From contig OZ024745.1 in assembly GCA_964016885.1 (NCBI GenBank), positions 14,322,001 through 14,386,000 on the forward strand: a stretch of 64,000 nucleotides of DNA, given 5' to 3'. Source of the DNA: Eledone cirrhosa. Its lineage: Eukaryota. Every line of letters starts with the position of its first letter. Within the stretch, counting starts at the first letter, position 1. The translations under genes and the position numbers were made by a program. The notes beneath the pieces were generated by a model that did not search any database, had not been told where the DNA came from, and saw nothing but the letters and a program-made list of their open reading frames with translations. Below, piece after piece: positions 25,801-47,808 of the stretch.

Positions 25801-26277
25801 CCCGTTCGAGAGAGGCTCTACAGACACGGGCGCCCGGGCAGGGATCCCTCGAAAAAGATTTGCCCTAGATGCGTGCGTCACGAAGAAACCGTTGCGCACG
25901 CATTGGTGCAATGTCCGGGCGTGGCTGATCTGTGGGGCTACGCCGAACGACTGCTGTCGCGGGTGGCGCCGATTCGATTGACCGCCGAGTCCGTGATGAC
26001 AATCAAACCGCCTCCCCTCTTCACAAGGGAAGCAAAGGCGGTTTTTCTGTGCGTAATAGCCATGTTGAAAGAGGTTGTTTGGTGGACACGATTGAAAGGT
26101 CTGAGGTCAGGCAACTTCCTCTCTGGCCATAGTCTGGTCTACTTCTTCCGATATCACTTCGGAAGAAGGATAAGAATGGAGAGAGAGGTGCTTGGCCCCA
26201 GCCAGTTTTATGAAAGGTGGGTGATAGTGGCGAGAATGGCTCGTGTAAATGGGCCTTCTCTGTATACCATCCTGTAG
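22841..26277 (+). pseudogene. ORF2 (APE endonuclease, reverse transcriptase, zinc finger) of copy B
   Basis: Motifs LN..GL, ETR, GDWN, S*LDR, TDHK, KSPGLDG, DQSKAFDRV, RQGCPLS, YADD, CPRC..EETVAHALVQC. Frameshifts near 23040, 24400 and 24580; premature stop at 23437. Confidence 0.95.
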
Positions 26278-26504
26278 GTAAAGAAGTGAAGGAGAGGGGA
26301 GCACCTTCTCCCCGGGCAAAGGATTGCACACTTTTTCGGGGGTGTGTGCAACCTCCATCACGTCCCCTCCCTTTTGAGGTTGTTTTCGATTATTTTCATT
26401 TTATACCCTTTTTACTCGATTGTATGTAAACTCCCCCTTTGTATTTGTCCCTTCTTTTTATGCCTTTATGGTAAATAAAGAAATATATCTATCTGTCTAT
26501 CTCT

Positions 26505-29500
26505 CTTTGTAGCTGGACGCACACTGGTAAGTTTCTGTCAATTTATTTACAAAAAACAGAAATTCTTGTTTAAAAAAACACATTGTTTTGTAGATTAGCC
26601 CCCAGGCTGAAATGTCAGCTGGTTGGCAATCTCATTTTTCGCTCCCACAGTGGCGAAAATTTAATTTGAAATTAATTTGAAAACTGTTTAAAATTTTTTA
26701 ATATTTTGCCATCAGCTATAGCAAGCGTTCAAAGAACGCGAGCGAACGTTGAAGAAGGAAAAAGAAAAGAAGAAATAGACTTTAACGTTGCTAAAAACTT
26801 TGCCTGTATCGAGGTAGTTGACAACAAAGTTTTGTGTAACGAAAGTCAAGTAGACGACACAAACAAAATTGAATCGCACAGTGAACCACACAGTATACAA
26901 CACACACCAAAATCAACAGAAAAAACAATTGACTCAACTACAAACGGAAAAGCCGACAACAACAACAACAACAACATAATAACTTATACAGAAATAGTCA
27001 CAAGTAATAATAACGTTACTTCTAACTCCGCATGTATTGGCGTCACTATGGAAACCAATATGAACAACAAAAATAAAAACAAGATCGAACCACACATAGT
27101 ACAACAGACGGAAAAAACAACAGAAAATAAAACTATTGACACAACTACAAACGGAAAACCCGACAACCACAACAACAACAACAACACCAAAACAACTTTT
27201 GCACAAAAAGTCACCAAGACACAAGAATTCAAGGATTTCGATATCTCCAATGCGAAACAGATGCTCTCCTAAGCAAAGGAGTTTATCACTTTCGGTGAAA
27301 ACGGTGGATTTCAGATAAACTCACCCCAGAAATTCGTCTAGAAATATTTCGAAGGACAATTACCTTCAGAACTGTTTCAAATGAAACAAAACGACCAACA
27401 TTCCTCAGTCAAGGGGAGATTGAGGCAACCTTGAAAGAGATATTGCCAGACATTGACTTTATGCAGAGGGCCAAACAGTACGGGAGTATTTCGGTACTCC
27501 TCAAAAGCGAGGCCCTTGCACAAAGATATTCAGTGACGCCAATACTGTCACAAAAATACACCTTTTTCCCTACATACCCAGAAAAAGGACACAAAAAATT
27601 AGATTTTCAAACATACCACCACATATTAATATTTGGTGGATATTGGCAGGATTTTTAGAGGAGAGAAAAGACACTATTCTTTCCATCAAAAAGTCAACCA
27701 GACACACCTGGTCTGGTACAAATTTGGAGATTCTGGTGCAAATGAGCCCGGAAAGAATCTCCAAAATACCAGAAAAAGTGCTGGTGGACAACAACAGCCA
27801 CATAAACATTTCGGTAGCGGGCCAGAAACCTCATTGCTTTCGTTGCAATAGCACCACACACTTAAAGGCCTCCTGCCCTTCACAAACACATTCAACCAAA
27901 ACAATACAAAAGAAAACACTGTTACCAACACCAACACCAAAACAACCACTAAACAACAACAACAACAGACGAAACCAGCAAACACAACAAAACAAACAGC
28001 CACTCAACCAACAACAACAGAGAAAACACAGACAACACCCCTGAAGAACACAGCCCCACCCATCCCACTCCATCAAACACTACCACAAACACACACACCG
28101 AAACACCACCACCACACAACATACCCCTACCCCATACTCCTGACGATGATTATTCATCGACAGATGAGGCGGCTTCTCCTACTTCTTCACTTAAAGAAGG
28201 AGAGCCTCGGAAATCTAAAAAACAAAAAAAGAGACACCACAAAACCCCAAAAACTCCAATCACCAACACCAACACACAACCACAGACACAAACAACAACA
28301 CAAACAACACCACATTCAAACATCCCCCTACCAGCAAAACCAACACCAACACCACCCCAAACACAAATAAAAAGAAAACTCCCAGACGAACAACAATAAA
28401 AACACAAATAACAATACGCATACACCAACACAAACAACAAGAGTTTTATGGAGGTCATCTCCCAAAACCCCAAGGTGGAGACGGAGGGCAAAACTTTCGT
28501 CAAAGCAGAATTGTCTCCACACCTAAAACTAATAAGGGTTTCGATAGAAACCTATCACAAATTGAAAAAACAGTTTTCGTTGGATGTTGGCAACCCCTGT
28601 CAAAAACCTATTAACCGCATCCTATTAAACTGTTTCCCCACCCCACCCAACACCCCCACCAGAACTGAAATGGAGATTGAAGAACCTGATCTCCAGGAAA
28701 CGAAAAGTAAGTGGACCTTTTCGTCCTTTTCGCCAACTCTTCTCCACCAACATGGCTAGTTTTCGTGTTGGAAGCGTGAATGTGCGTGGCCAAGGGATGC
28801 CCTGGAAACAGGGCCAACTTTTAAACGACCTTAGCTCACACGGTATGGATGTGATAGCCATCACCGAGTCCAGGATCCACAACAAGCAGCAACTAAACCC
28901 CATCTTCGTCGACTTTGAGATCTACACATCTCTCTGTCAGCCAGGAGGTGGAGGGGGAGTGGCTGTCTTGTTTCGGAAGAACCTGGACGTCAAAGTACAG
29001 CAAGTACACTTGGACCCGGAGCGTAGACTGGTAGTCCTAAACATGAACAGTATTGGAGGTGGAGCCTTCAGACTGGTGGCCGTTTATGCCCGACCGGGCA
29101 ATCGCAATCACGGCCAGACTTCTTTAAGCGTCTAGAGTCTTTTCTGGGAACATCTCGGTCCTTACTTTTAGCGGGGGACTGGAATGGTATCCTAGATGCA
29201 CGATTGGACTATGTGGGAGCATGTCCCAGTAGAGGGGGTGCAACGGCCTCAAAACGTTAATCGGCCAATTCCAACTGGCCGACTGGATTTCCTGACTGCA
29301 CAGTGGACGTGGGCAAACCGCAGCGGGACATATAGATCGTATTTAGATAGGTTCTTCATTAGAGAAAGGGACAAGGAGATGTTAAGCTGAACACGGATGC
29401 GGAGAGCTGCGAAAGGCTGATCACAGCGGGCGAAATAGAAGATGCCCTAAGCTGCTGTGGGAAACGCAAATCACCCGGTTTATATGGTCTACCCTATGAG

Positions 29501-31775
29501 TTTTACATAAGCATGCCAGACTTGTTCTCTGGCGTCCTCGAATCGGTCTATTGCAACTAGCAGCAGAACGGGAGGAGTCCCAGTTCTGTAGGTAGAGGCG
29601 TTGTAACGTTGATCAGGAAAGATGAGAACAAGGGGGATGAGATAAACAATTTCAGGCCCATAACTCTGCTCAATACAGAGTTAAAGATTTTGGCCAAGGT
29701 GTTAGCAGCGAGGCTGGCGCTTGTCGTCGAGAATCTGGTAGGGGAAGCGCAAACGTGTGCAATCCCGACCAGGTCCATACACGACAACCTCCACCTCATG
29801 CGATACATCATAGAGAGCGTAGGGTGTAAACCCGGCTTCGGTGGGGCTCTGATCAATTTAGATCAGTCTAAGCCATTTGATAGGGTCGACCATCAATACT
29901 GGGAAGCGGTTCTCAAGGCAGCCGGCTTCGGTCCCGTCTTCAGAGCCTCGATCGCTGCCATGCACAACAGCATCTGCTCGGCAGTCAAGGTTAATGGCTA
30001 CCTATCCGAGCCATTCCAAATCATGCGTTCCATTCGTCAGGGGTGCCCATCTCCTCCATTCTGTATGTACTGCCTCTCGAGCCATTACTGCGGAAGCTGG
30101 AGCTGTTGCAAGGCATCCCGATCGAACCAGGACCACGGAAAGCAGCATCGCCTATGCCGACGACATAACCGTAATGGTGTCGAGCACCTCGGACATCGGA
30201 GTAATCGGCAACCTATTACAGGAATACGAAACGTTGACAGGAGCAAGACTAAACCCAAACAAGTCTGTCGGTTTGCAACCCGGCACATGGAGAAGCAAAC
30301 CCATGCCTTCCGACAGTGTCGTTGGACGTTGGACGGAAGGACCGGTGAAATTGCTCGGGGTCTGGTTTGGGCCAGACCTCCAGGTGGACAAGAACTGGAA
30401 CGAGGTCACCCAGAAGTAGGCTGAGTGCAAACTCTCCTTGAAAGGTCGAGCGGAGGTGGCGAACACTACACATAGCGTCCGCCATCTACCGCTTGACAGT
30501 CGTGCCTTGTCCCCGCGAATACCTCACCAAAATGGAACGCCTACTCTTCAAGTTCCTCTGGAAGAAACAGGCTCCATTAGTGAGGAGATCCATCTGCTGT
30601 CAACACCCTTCCAACAGAGGGCTTGGTATGCCGTGGCTGATGATGCGCTAACACGCACTGAGGCTACGCCATCTCCAGGTGTTCCTGACCGGCGAACCGG
30701 TGTGGCTGTCGTTTGTGAGACGAGCTGTTCCACAACTTGTCTCACTAACAGAGCTGCAGTCCTGGGTCAAGCGAAGACCGAAAATGGTCGCCTGGCACCT
30801 CGAGTGCCTTCAGGCGCTCGCATCCCTCTACCAAGCGGAAACGGCAATCAGCGGAGACTCCACTTCGACATTCTATAGGGGATTAGTGGAGGATAAGTGC
30901 GACGACGTTCTCGGGGAAACTCTAGGCACCGAGGACGACGAACTGACCAGTCTGTTCGGGAGGACTTTCCGTCCAGGGCCTATGGATAACTTCCAGAGGT
31001 CTCTGGCCTGGTAGTGCTACTGAGGAGCTCTACCAGTTCGAGACAAAATCTACAGGCACGGACGCCCTGGCAGAGATCCTGCCAAAAGGACCTATCCAAG
31101 ATGCGAGCAGGACATCGAAACCGTTCTGCCCCAATTATTCAGTGCCCAGGGGTGACCGACCTGTGGAATTATGTTGAACAGCTACTGTCACGTGTAGGGC
31201 GCATCCAGTTGTCAGCCGAGTCCATCGTGAGGATCACCCCGCCGCCTTCATTTATGAATGAAGGAGAGGCGGTCTTCCTCTGCCTGGTGGCTATGGCGAA
31301 AGTGGTAATATGGTGGACGAGGTTAAAAGGACTGAGGGCAAGCACTTTTCTCTCCGGACAACAACTCATCCCCTTCTTTAAGAATCACTTCAGAAGGAAG
31401 GTGTGAGTGGAGAGAGAGGTGCTATACCCCAGTAAATTCGCTGAACGGTGGGTGAATGTGGCAAAAATGGCCCGAGTGAATGGGCCTTCTCTGTATATAA
31501 ACCTGTAGGTTGAGGAAGATAAACAGAGGGAAGACAGGAACACCTACAAAACGTGTTCCTGGTGTTGAGGGTTGTTCTATCCACTAGGTGTAAAACAACA
31601 CCGCAGTAGCGTTACCCCCTCCCCCCTATTGGGGATTTCAATTGTTTTATTTTTATATAGTTTATTGTTATTTATCATTGTTAAAGATTTTATGTAAAAC
31701 CCCTGCCATCTTGTAATGTCCCATTTTTGTACGCCCCTGTGGCAAATAAAGAAAGATATCTATCTATCTATCTGT
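26505..31775 (+). mobile_element. Tx1/L1-clade copy C, head-to-tail after B; internal deletion near 29388 and many stops
   Basis: ORF1 pieces at 26706-28759 (CFRCNSTTHLKASC); ORF2 from ATG 28752 to TAG about 31508 (GDWN, YLDR, DQSKPFDRV, YADD); ends AATAAAGAAAGATATCTATCTATC. Confidence 0.93.
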
Positions 31776-31826
31776 CTGTCTATCTGTTTCTCAGATTGTG
31801 TTTAGCTCTTCCACATACATACTCAG

Positions 31827-31827
<1 letters not shown>

Positions 31828-31887
<60 letters not shown>

Positions 31888-31998
31888 CTTAACAATGGTT
31901 TTATGAAGAGTAACGGACCCCCCCCCCCATTCAAAATAAGGTACTCAATACCCATTTCAAACGTATGGAACAGTTTTGGTCATGTAGAAATCATTTAA

Positions 31999-32090
<92 letters not shown>
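31828..32090. repeat. (CA)n, (TC)n and (TA)n microsatellites
   Basis: Read directly from the sequence. Confidence 0.9.
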
Positions 32091-32091
<1 letters not shown>

Positions 32092-32704
32092 TTACATACA
32101 TATTTTTCATCTAGCGTGTAAGGGGTATAAAATGTGATATATAATGTATATGAGGTGTATAACGTATGTTGTCTATATGGTGAATATATGTTGCATGTTG
32201 TGTATGGAGTCATGTGACGTGCTATTGTTGTTGCTGCTGTTAATGCCGGTAAATAATGTGTTGTATTGTTTGTTGTATGTTATATGTTGAATATAAATGT
32301 TTATAAACGTTCTATGCTTCTTTATATACGTTTATCCTTCTGAAACTTTTTAGTTGTATCAAGCAGCAATATATGTAACTATGATTACAATAATAACAAC
32401 GAGAATATCAAATGGCATAGACTAGAATAGAATATCTCTTCGTATGTTAAGTAGGTATTGTCTTGTGCATAAATGTATTGTCTGTAGGATTTGCTGATCA
32501 TATCTGTTTAGGTTACATTTGATTGTGAAATAATATTATTAATAATTCATGAATATTGTGCAATCTAATCTAACCTTAGTGTCGTTTGTGTTGCAATCTG
32601 CTGCCAAAATTATATTTAATTTCAACAGGATAGGATAGTCGAGTGAAAATGTATTTTATTTGACAGGTAGGTTCAATACACAAAAAAGTAATTGATATAA
32701 AGAT

Positions 32705-32887
32705 AATTATTTCTACTTTTGGCACAAGACCAGCAATTATCCCAGTGCATTACTGGTACTTTATTTTATCGACCCCGTAAGGATGAAAGGCAAAGTTAAC
32801 CTCGGCGGGATTTGAACTCAGACCATAAAGGGCCGTAACTCTTTGCTGCAAATCATGGCTCTCCGACCCTCTACCGATACTGCCAAT
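32705..32887 (-). mobile_element. SINE family 1 copy
   Basis: Family consensus. Confidence 0.9.
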
Positions 32888-34699
32888 ACAAAAGGAAATG
32901 ATCATATCACACTTAGCTTGTAAGTCCAAAGAAAGAAAAACATAGTGTTATTAAGGACACAGTAATGATGGTGGAATGGTGCTCCCTGCTAACCCAAAAT
33001 CGTGGACCAGAAACTCAGTAGTACCAAGGAACGCTACGTTTGGTAGCATCAACGAGTTTACATGACTAAGCTTATTGAAACACTCGGCATAGTTTGTTTT
33101 ATCTTAGACTGTTGATATTAAATGTGAAGATGTACTACATGACAATACTCTCTCGATATAAGAGATCACACATTCTTATATCTTTTATACAAACTTTCTA
33201 CAAGGAATCATATATGTGTAAACAAAATGTTTCTTTGTTTTTTTAAGCTTTTACTATTCGTCCGATAAACAATGGTGAATTCTAATGTATGAATTTGACA
33301 CATTAATAAAACTCCAAGAAGCGAAATAATTTATGAACAACATTGGTACGTTATTGACAATTTCGGAAGAAAACATTCAACAGAAACTATAAGAAATTAA
33401 AAAAGAAGCAAACAAATGAAAAATCATGATTAATTAATTATCATTAACATGAGAGGTATATTATTGTTTTTAGACGTTTATACAAACCGACTAATTACCG
33501 GTCGTTCAGGGATAGGTTTATAATGAAAGCTGTAGCGGTGGAAACATATGGCGTCCTGAGACCCCAGACTACCTTCCTATTTACTGTGATTGGGATTTAA
33601 GATGGGTATACTCAAGCACCTGCTCTGCGAGGTGAGGCGTCTCTTTCGGCTCATTTCTCCTTCTATCGTCTGTCGTAACACAGTCACCATTCTGGCTGCC
33701 ACAATCTCGAAGCAACAACAAACGTAAACATATTTTTTACATACGTTTTGTTACATGCAAACGTTTCGGTCTCTCACATTATCTTATGAAATATCCTTTC
33801 CAATTAACCTATTTAATATTTATGAGTCACGGCTTAGCTCCACATACGTCTAAATCCACATACAACAATTACATTCATTATTCAAGAAGGTTTTGAATTC
33901 ATACTAAATTGTATTTACATTTTATATGTAGACATTTTACTTCAGGTTTGATATATAATTCTAATCACACGAACACATATGTTACCCTTAAATGTAGTAG
34001 AAAGTAATCACATACTGACACACACTCACTGACACCCGCCGCACGTACAAATATATACCCCCCTCCCAACGCACACAACATACACATATGTAAATTAACA
34101 CAAAAAGCATGCATTCATACTTTGATATATCAAATATTCTTTAGAGAAAGTTTAATCGTCTCTGATTAAATGCCTATACTAAAATACATTTCCCTGGTAC
34201 GGTGACACCCAAACCCACACTCACAAACACATACAACCCCAACACACTTTAACTAAAAGCTACGATGAAATCTCTTATCTCAGTTGAGGAAAATAAATAA
34301 ATATCACAATTCATTTTATAATTTTCCTCGTGAGAACAATTTTAATTATTTTCTGAAAAAAGAATTGCAAAGATATAGTCAAGTGAACGTAGACTAAGTG
34401 AATTTATGTGTAAAAATGTGGATCTCTGCGTATCTTATTTGTGATATGGACCGATAATATTTTGAGAGAAGACAATTCACAAACCACATAATTTCTATTC
34501 TGGCAGAGTCAAATGTTCATATCTATTTTGGGTGCTGAAATTATGTTCACTTCATGAAGCTTCACGTTGCAGGAGAGTTCACTATAAACATATATTTTAA
34601 AATAAGCTTCATTCACTATATCAAATATTTGATTATGCAATACACTTCTATAAGTGACATTGCCCCCCCCCACACACACACACGCACACGCACGCACCT

Positions 34700-38660
<3,961 letters not shown>

Positions 38661-39073
38661 ATATACACACATACGTACATACATATGTGTATATATAATA
38701 TATATACCGATGTGTATGCATAACGATAAATGTATTTCATTCACAGAGTTACATTCATTTGTTCAGTGTCACAGATTCTCTCAACGAGAGCAAGTTTCTA
38801 TATTCAATAATATTTCTATTTTCTATACTCTGTCCTGAAAACCCTGTGTCTACAATACACTGTAGAAGAATAATGAACGAACACTTATATGAAGAGATAA
38901 GGTTCTTGTTGCTAATACTCATTTGCATATAGGGAAACCTGACTGGCTAGAATAAATTAGCAGTAGCAAACATGTTATAGAGATAGCTGTGATCTAGTCA
39001 CATCTTAAAACACCAATAGTAATAAACATACCATATATATAATAAACATATGCCTTCATATAAACCCTATTAA

Positions 39074-39372
39074 GGAGGTGAATTGGCAGAGTCTTCAGAA
39101 GGTCGGATAGAATGCTTTATGGTATTCCTTCCGGCTCTCTGCTCTCCGAGTTCAAATCCCGCCGAGGTCAACTTTGCCTTTCATCATTTCGCGGTCGATA
39201 AAAAAAGTACCAGTCTAGTACTGGGGTCGATTCTTCCTCTATATCTCTTTCTTATTTTCCATCTTTCTCAAGAAGAAATCTGCTGAGGGATGGGCTCTGC
39301 CAGGCTTAAAATGGCAAAGAAACGCCGTATTTCAATCCAGCGCCTCTACGACTTTATCAGGAATTACGGAAT
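39074..39372 (+). mobile_element. SINE family 1 variant with an alternative, longer 3' tail
   Basis: tRNA-like head (ttggcagag...gagttcaaatcc) plus tail gaagaaatctg...gatgggctctgccaggcttaaaatg...aaacgcc, shared with 55482-55800 and 56640-56895 (-). Confidence 0.75.
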
Positions 39373-39973
39373 AAATGAAAAAAACAACACCCTATTATAA
39401 CCACTCTAAGTTAGAGCTACTGCTAATAAAATTGTATTTAATATTAAAAAACAACAACTTTAATTTAAAAATGAGTAAGCAACAAAATGCGGCAGATAAT
39501 TGTTATTATGAAAACAAATGTTTTCTCTCGCTGTATAAGGCACAGACACCAACGCAAAAGTCAGTTATCACCCAATAAATAATTTATGTCATTTGTAATT
39601 GAAAGGGTGGAGTGAAGGTTGGTGGGTAAGGACTAATGAAACAAAATAGAAACAGGTTAACTTACACTATTAGAACAAAGTAATTAATATTAATGGCAAT
39701 CAATATAATTAGATAGCTGACAATTACTACAGAGCGTCAGCAATATTTACCAACATCTTCAATTGTTCTCGTTTATTTAATTTTATTTATAGCCTCATTG
39801 TATTTTTAGCTGTTTATTTTTACTTAAAAGATACTTTATTCTTTTTTTAGTAATTCCTGTTCTTACATTAATGTCACTAATATGGGGATTGGAGACTTTG
39901 CAATACGTTTGAACATATATTTTAATTTGGGTGTGTCAGAAAACTGTTACTCATCTACTACTCATTCATTCCG

Positions 39974-45066
<5,093 letters not shown>

Positions 45067-45159
45067 CCTCCTCCTCTACTTCACTAATATTGGTCAACTG
45101 TAATGTATGAATAATTTCTGTCTCAATGGTTTGGGACAGAAATTATTGAGAGATCACAG

Positions 45160-45416
45160 CTCCGATATTATGGGCATGTGGTTAGAATGTCTTAGGAAAG
45201 AATCGTTGGACAGACTTTACGAGAAAAACCAACCAGCAGGAGACCCATGGATAACGTCCATGAGCTTGGCTGGTCTCGCTTGGCGATCTAGCTGGATCAG
45301 ATGGAGACGGCTGCTTCTGACAAGACCCACTGGAGGGAGTATTTGAGGACTCTGCCCTCACGCCTCTGAAGAAGACGAAGAAGAAGAAGAAGAAGAAGAA
45401 GAAGAAGAAGAAGAAG
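45160..45416 (+). mobile_element. RTE-like LINE 3' end with a (GAA)n tail
   Basis: Translates as RYYGHVVRM...LGWSRL...AASDKTHWREYL followed by (GAA)n; a related minus-strand copy lies at about 61370-61525. Confidence 0.65.
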
Positions 45417-46035
45417 CTTTTTCATGTTTCTTTTCATGTCCCGACAAAGATAGTTAAATCAAATATGTATAAAATCTGAAAAATTAAGTACTGAAGTTCA
45501 TTTGTTGGACCTCAAGGTAGTGCCCCAGCATGAGCGTAGTCTAATGATCAAAACTAGTAAAAGAAAAAAATAATAAACGAATAATAGAATAAAAGAATAA
45601 CTGTTTGGAATTATCATTAAGAAAGCTAGTATTACCTGAACAAGAGGATCTGAATATATCAGACAATGCCACTTCAATATAATCTATACAACCTTATGTG
45701 CCCCAAAGACAGACAAGAATGTTCAGTCTTTTCAAACTGCCAACAGAAACCTTCTAGCTGTCAATATTTCTTAGTTCGTTTGATTATTTCCTCAGGACTG
45801 TACACGCACCTGATTTAAATTATCTCACAGCTGAAGTTAAGAATCTAATCACTTTCCTCCAGGTTTTTAAATAACAACTCACGAAAACTGAATTAATTTG
45901 ACGTTTCCAGTGAACGCAGTTCCTCACAAACACTGTTTTGTCAGAATAAAATCATGCTAACAATGTCATAAAAGTTTGCTGATAAGGAGCGACTATAATT
46001 TATTTGATGAACTTTCAATTCCGTTTAGTATGTCT

Positions 46036-46380
46036 GTAATTATATCGGTGTGAAGTTTGATAGATATTTCATGAAAGTTTTTGTGAATGAACACTGACTA
46101 CTGAGGCTATGCAATAACTGGTATAAAAGTGAGATAAAAATCTAGTGAATTGGTGTTAGTTATAATTATTATATAGAAGCTGATACAGACAGCCACGAAA
46201 AAATGAAGTACGTCATTTTTTCGTGGCTGTCTGTATCAGCTTCTATATAATAATTATAACTAACACCAATTCACTAGATTTTATCTCACTTTTATACCAG
46301 TTATTGCATAGCCTCAGTAGTCAGTGTTCATTCACAAAAGCTTTGATGAAATATCTATCAAACTTCACACCGATATAATT

Positions 46381-46383
<3 letters not shown>
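46036..46383. repeat. Long palindrome (fold-back/MITE-like), about 170-bp arms with a 6-nt loop
   Basis: 46036-46206 is the reverse complement of 46213-46383 with few differences; the loop is agtacg. Confidence 0.92.
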
Positions 46384-47145
<762 letters not shown>

Positions 47146-47146
<1 letters not shown>

Positions 47147-47421
47147 TGATGAAACAAAGGCACCATAGTAAAAACTAATATATGGAACATTATATTATGT
47201 AACATTATTTTAATTTATATTCCTTTGAGTTCCGATGAGCCACTCTGTTTTTTTAAATATGTTAATTATTTTCAACTGAACCAGATCAATTATGATACAT
47301 AGTCATCTGATCCAGAAATATTATACGGAGTAGCGAAACAATTGTAAACGGGCATTAAAGTACCAGTAATGGACTGGGTAATTGATGACCTTGTGTCTAA
47401 AGTAGAAACAATTATTATTAA

Positions 47422-47486
<65 letters not shown>

Positions 47487-47582
47487 TCTACATTCCTTAC
47501 ATCAAACTAAATATGTTGACAATCTTTTAATAATGTCTTCCTTGTGAAATTTGTGGTCTTGTTTTGCCTAACTAATGAATAT
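47146..47582 (+). repeat. 5' pseudo-LTR containing a SINE-tail insertion (about 47358-47415) and expanded (ATT)n
   Basis: Identical by eye to 50597-50922 apart from the insertion and repeat length. Confidence 0.92.
47222..47352 (+). ncRNA. Type I hammerhead ribozyme candidate (pLTR copy 1)
   Basis: CCGATGA at 47232-38; stem II gccactctgt/acggagtagc; GAAA at 47335; stem III ACAATTGT; GUA cleavage triplet at 47344-46; weak stem I gtt/aac. Confidence 0.72.
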
Positions 47583-47808
47583 TTCCAGATTTGCGCACCT
47601 AACCTCTGCATGAACCCAGCCACCTAGCTGCTTTCTACTGCATATTGCACATTGAGCACATGCCTTTACGCTTTGGCTTCTAACTAACTCATCAATCTTT
47701 CCTCTCATATCTCCTCTACTATCTCAATCTCTCTCTTTAAGATTGATTACTCTTGAACTGTGTATACTTGAGCTCCCGTAGTTGAGCTATTTACTGTTAG
47801 AAGTCACC

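Larger units (their letters stand above)
20670..26500 (+). mobile_element. Full-length Tx1/L1-clade non-LTR retrotransposon copy B (degenerate)
   Basis: 5'UTR, ORF1 with a CCHC knuckle, ORF2 with APE endonuclease, RT and CCHC, and a 3'UTR ending AATAAAGAAATATATCTATCT. The 5' boundary is approximate. Confidence 0.95.
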
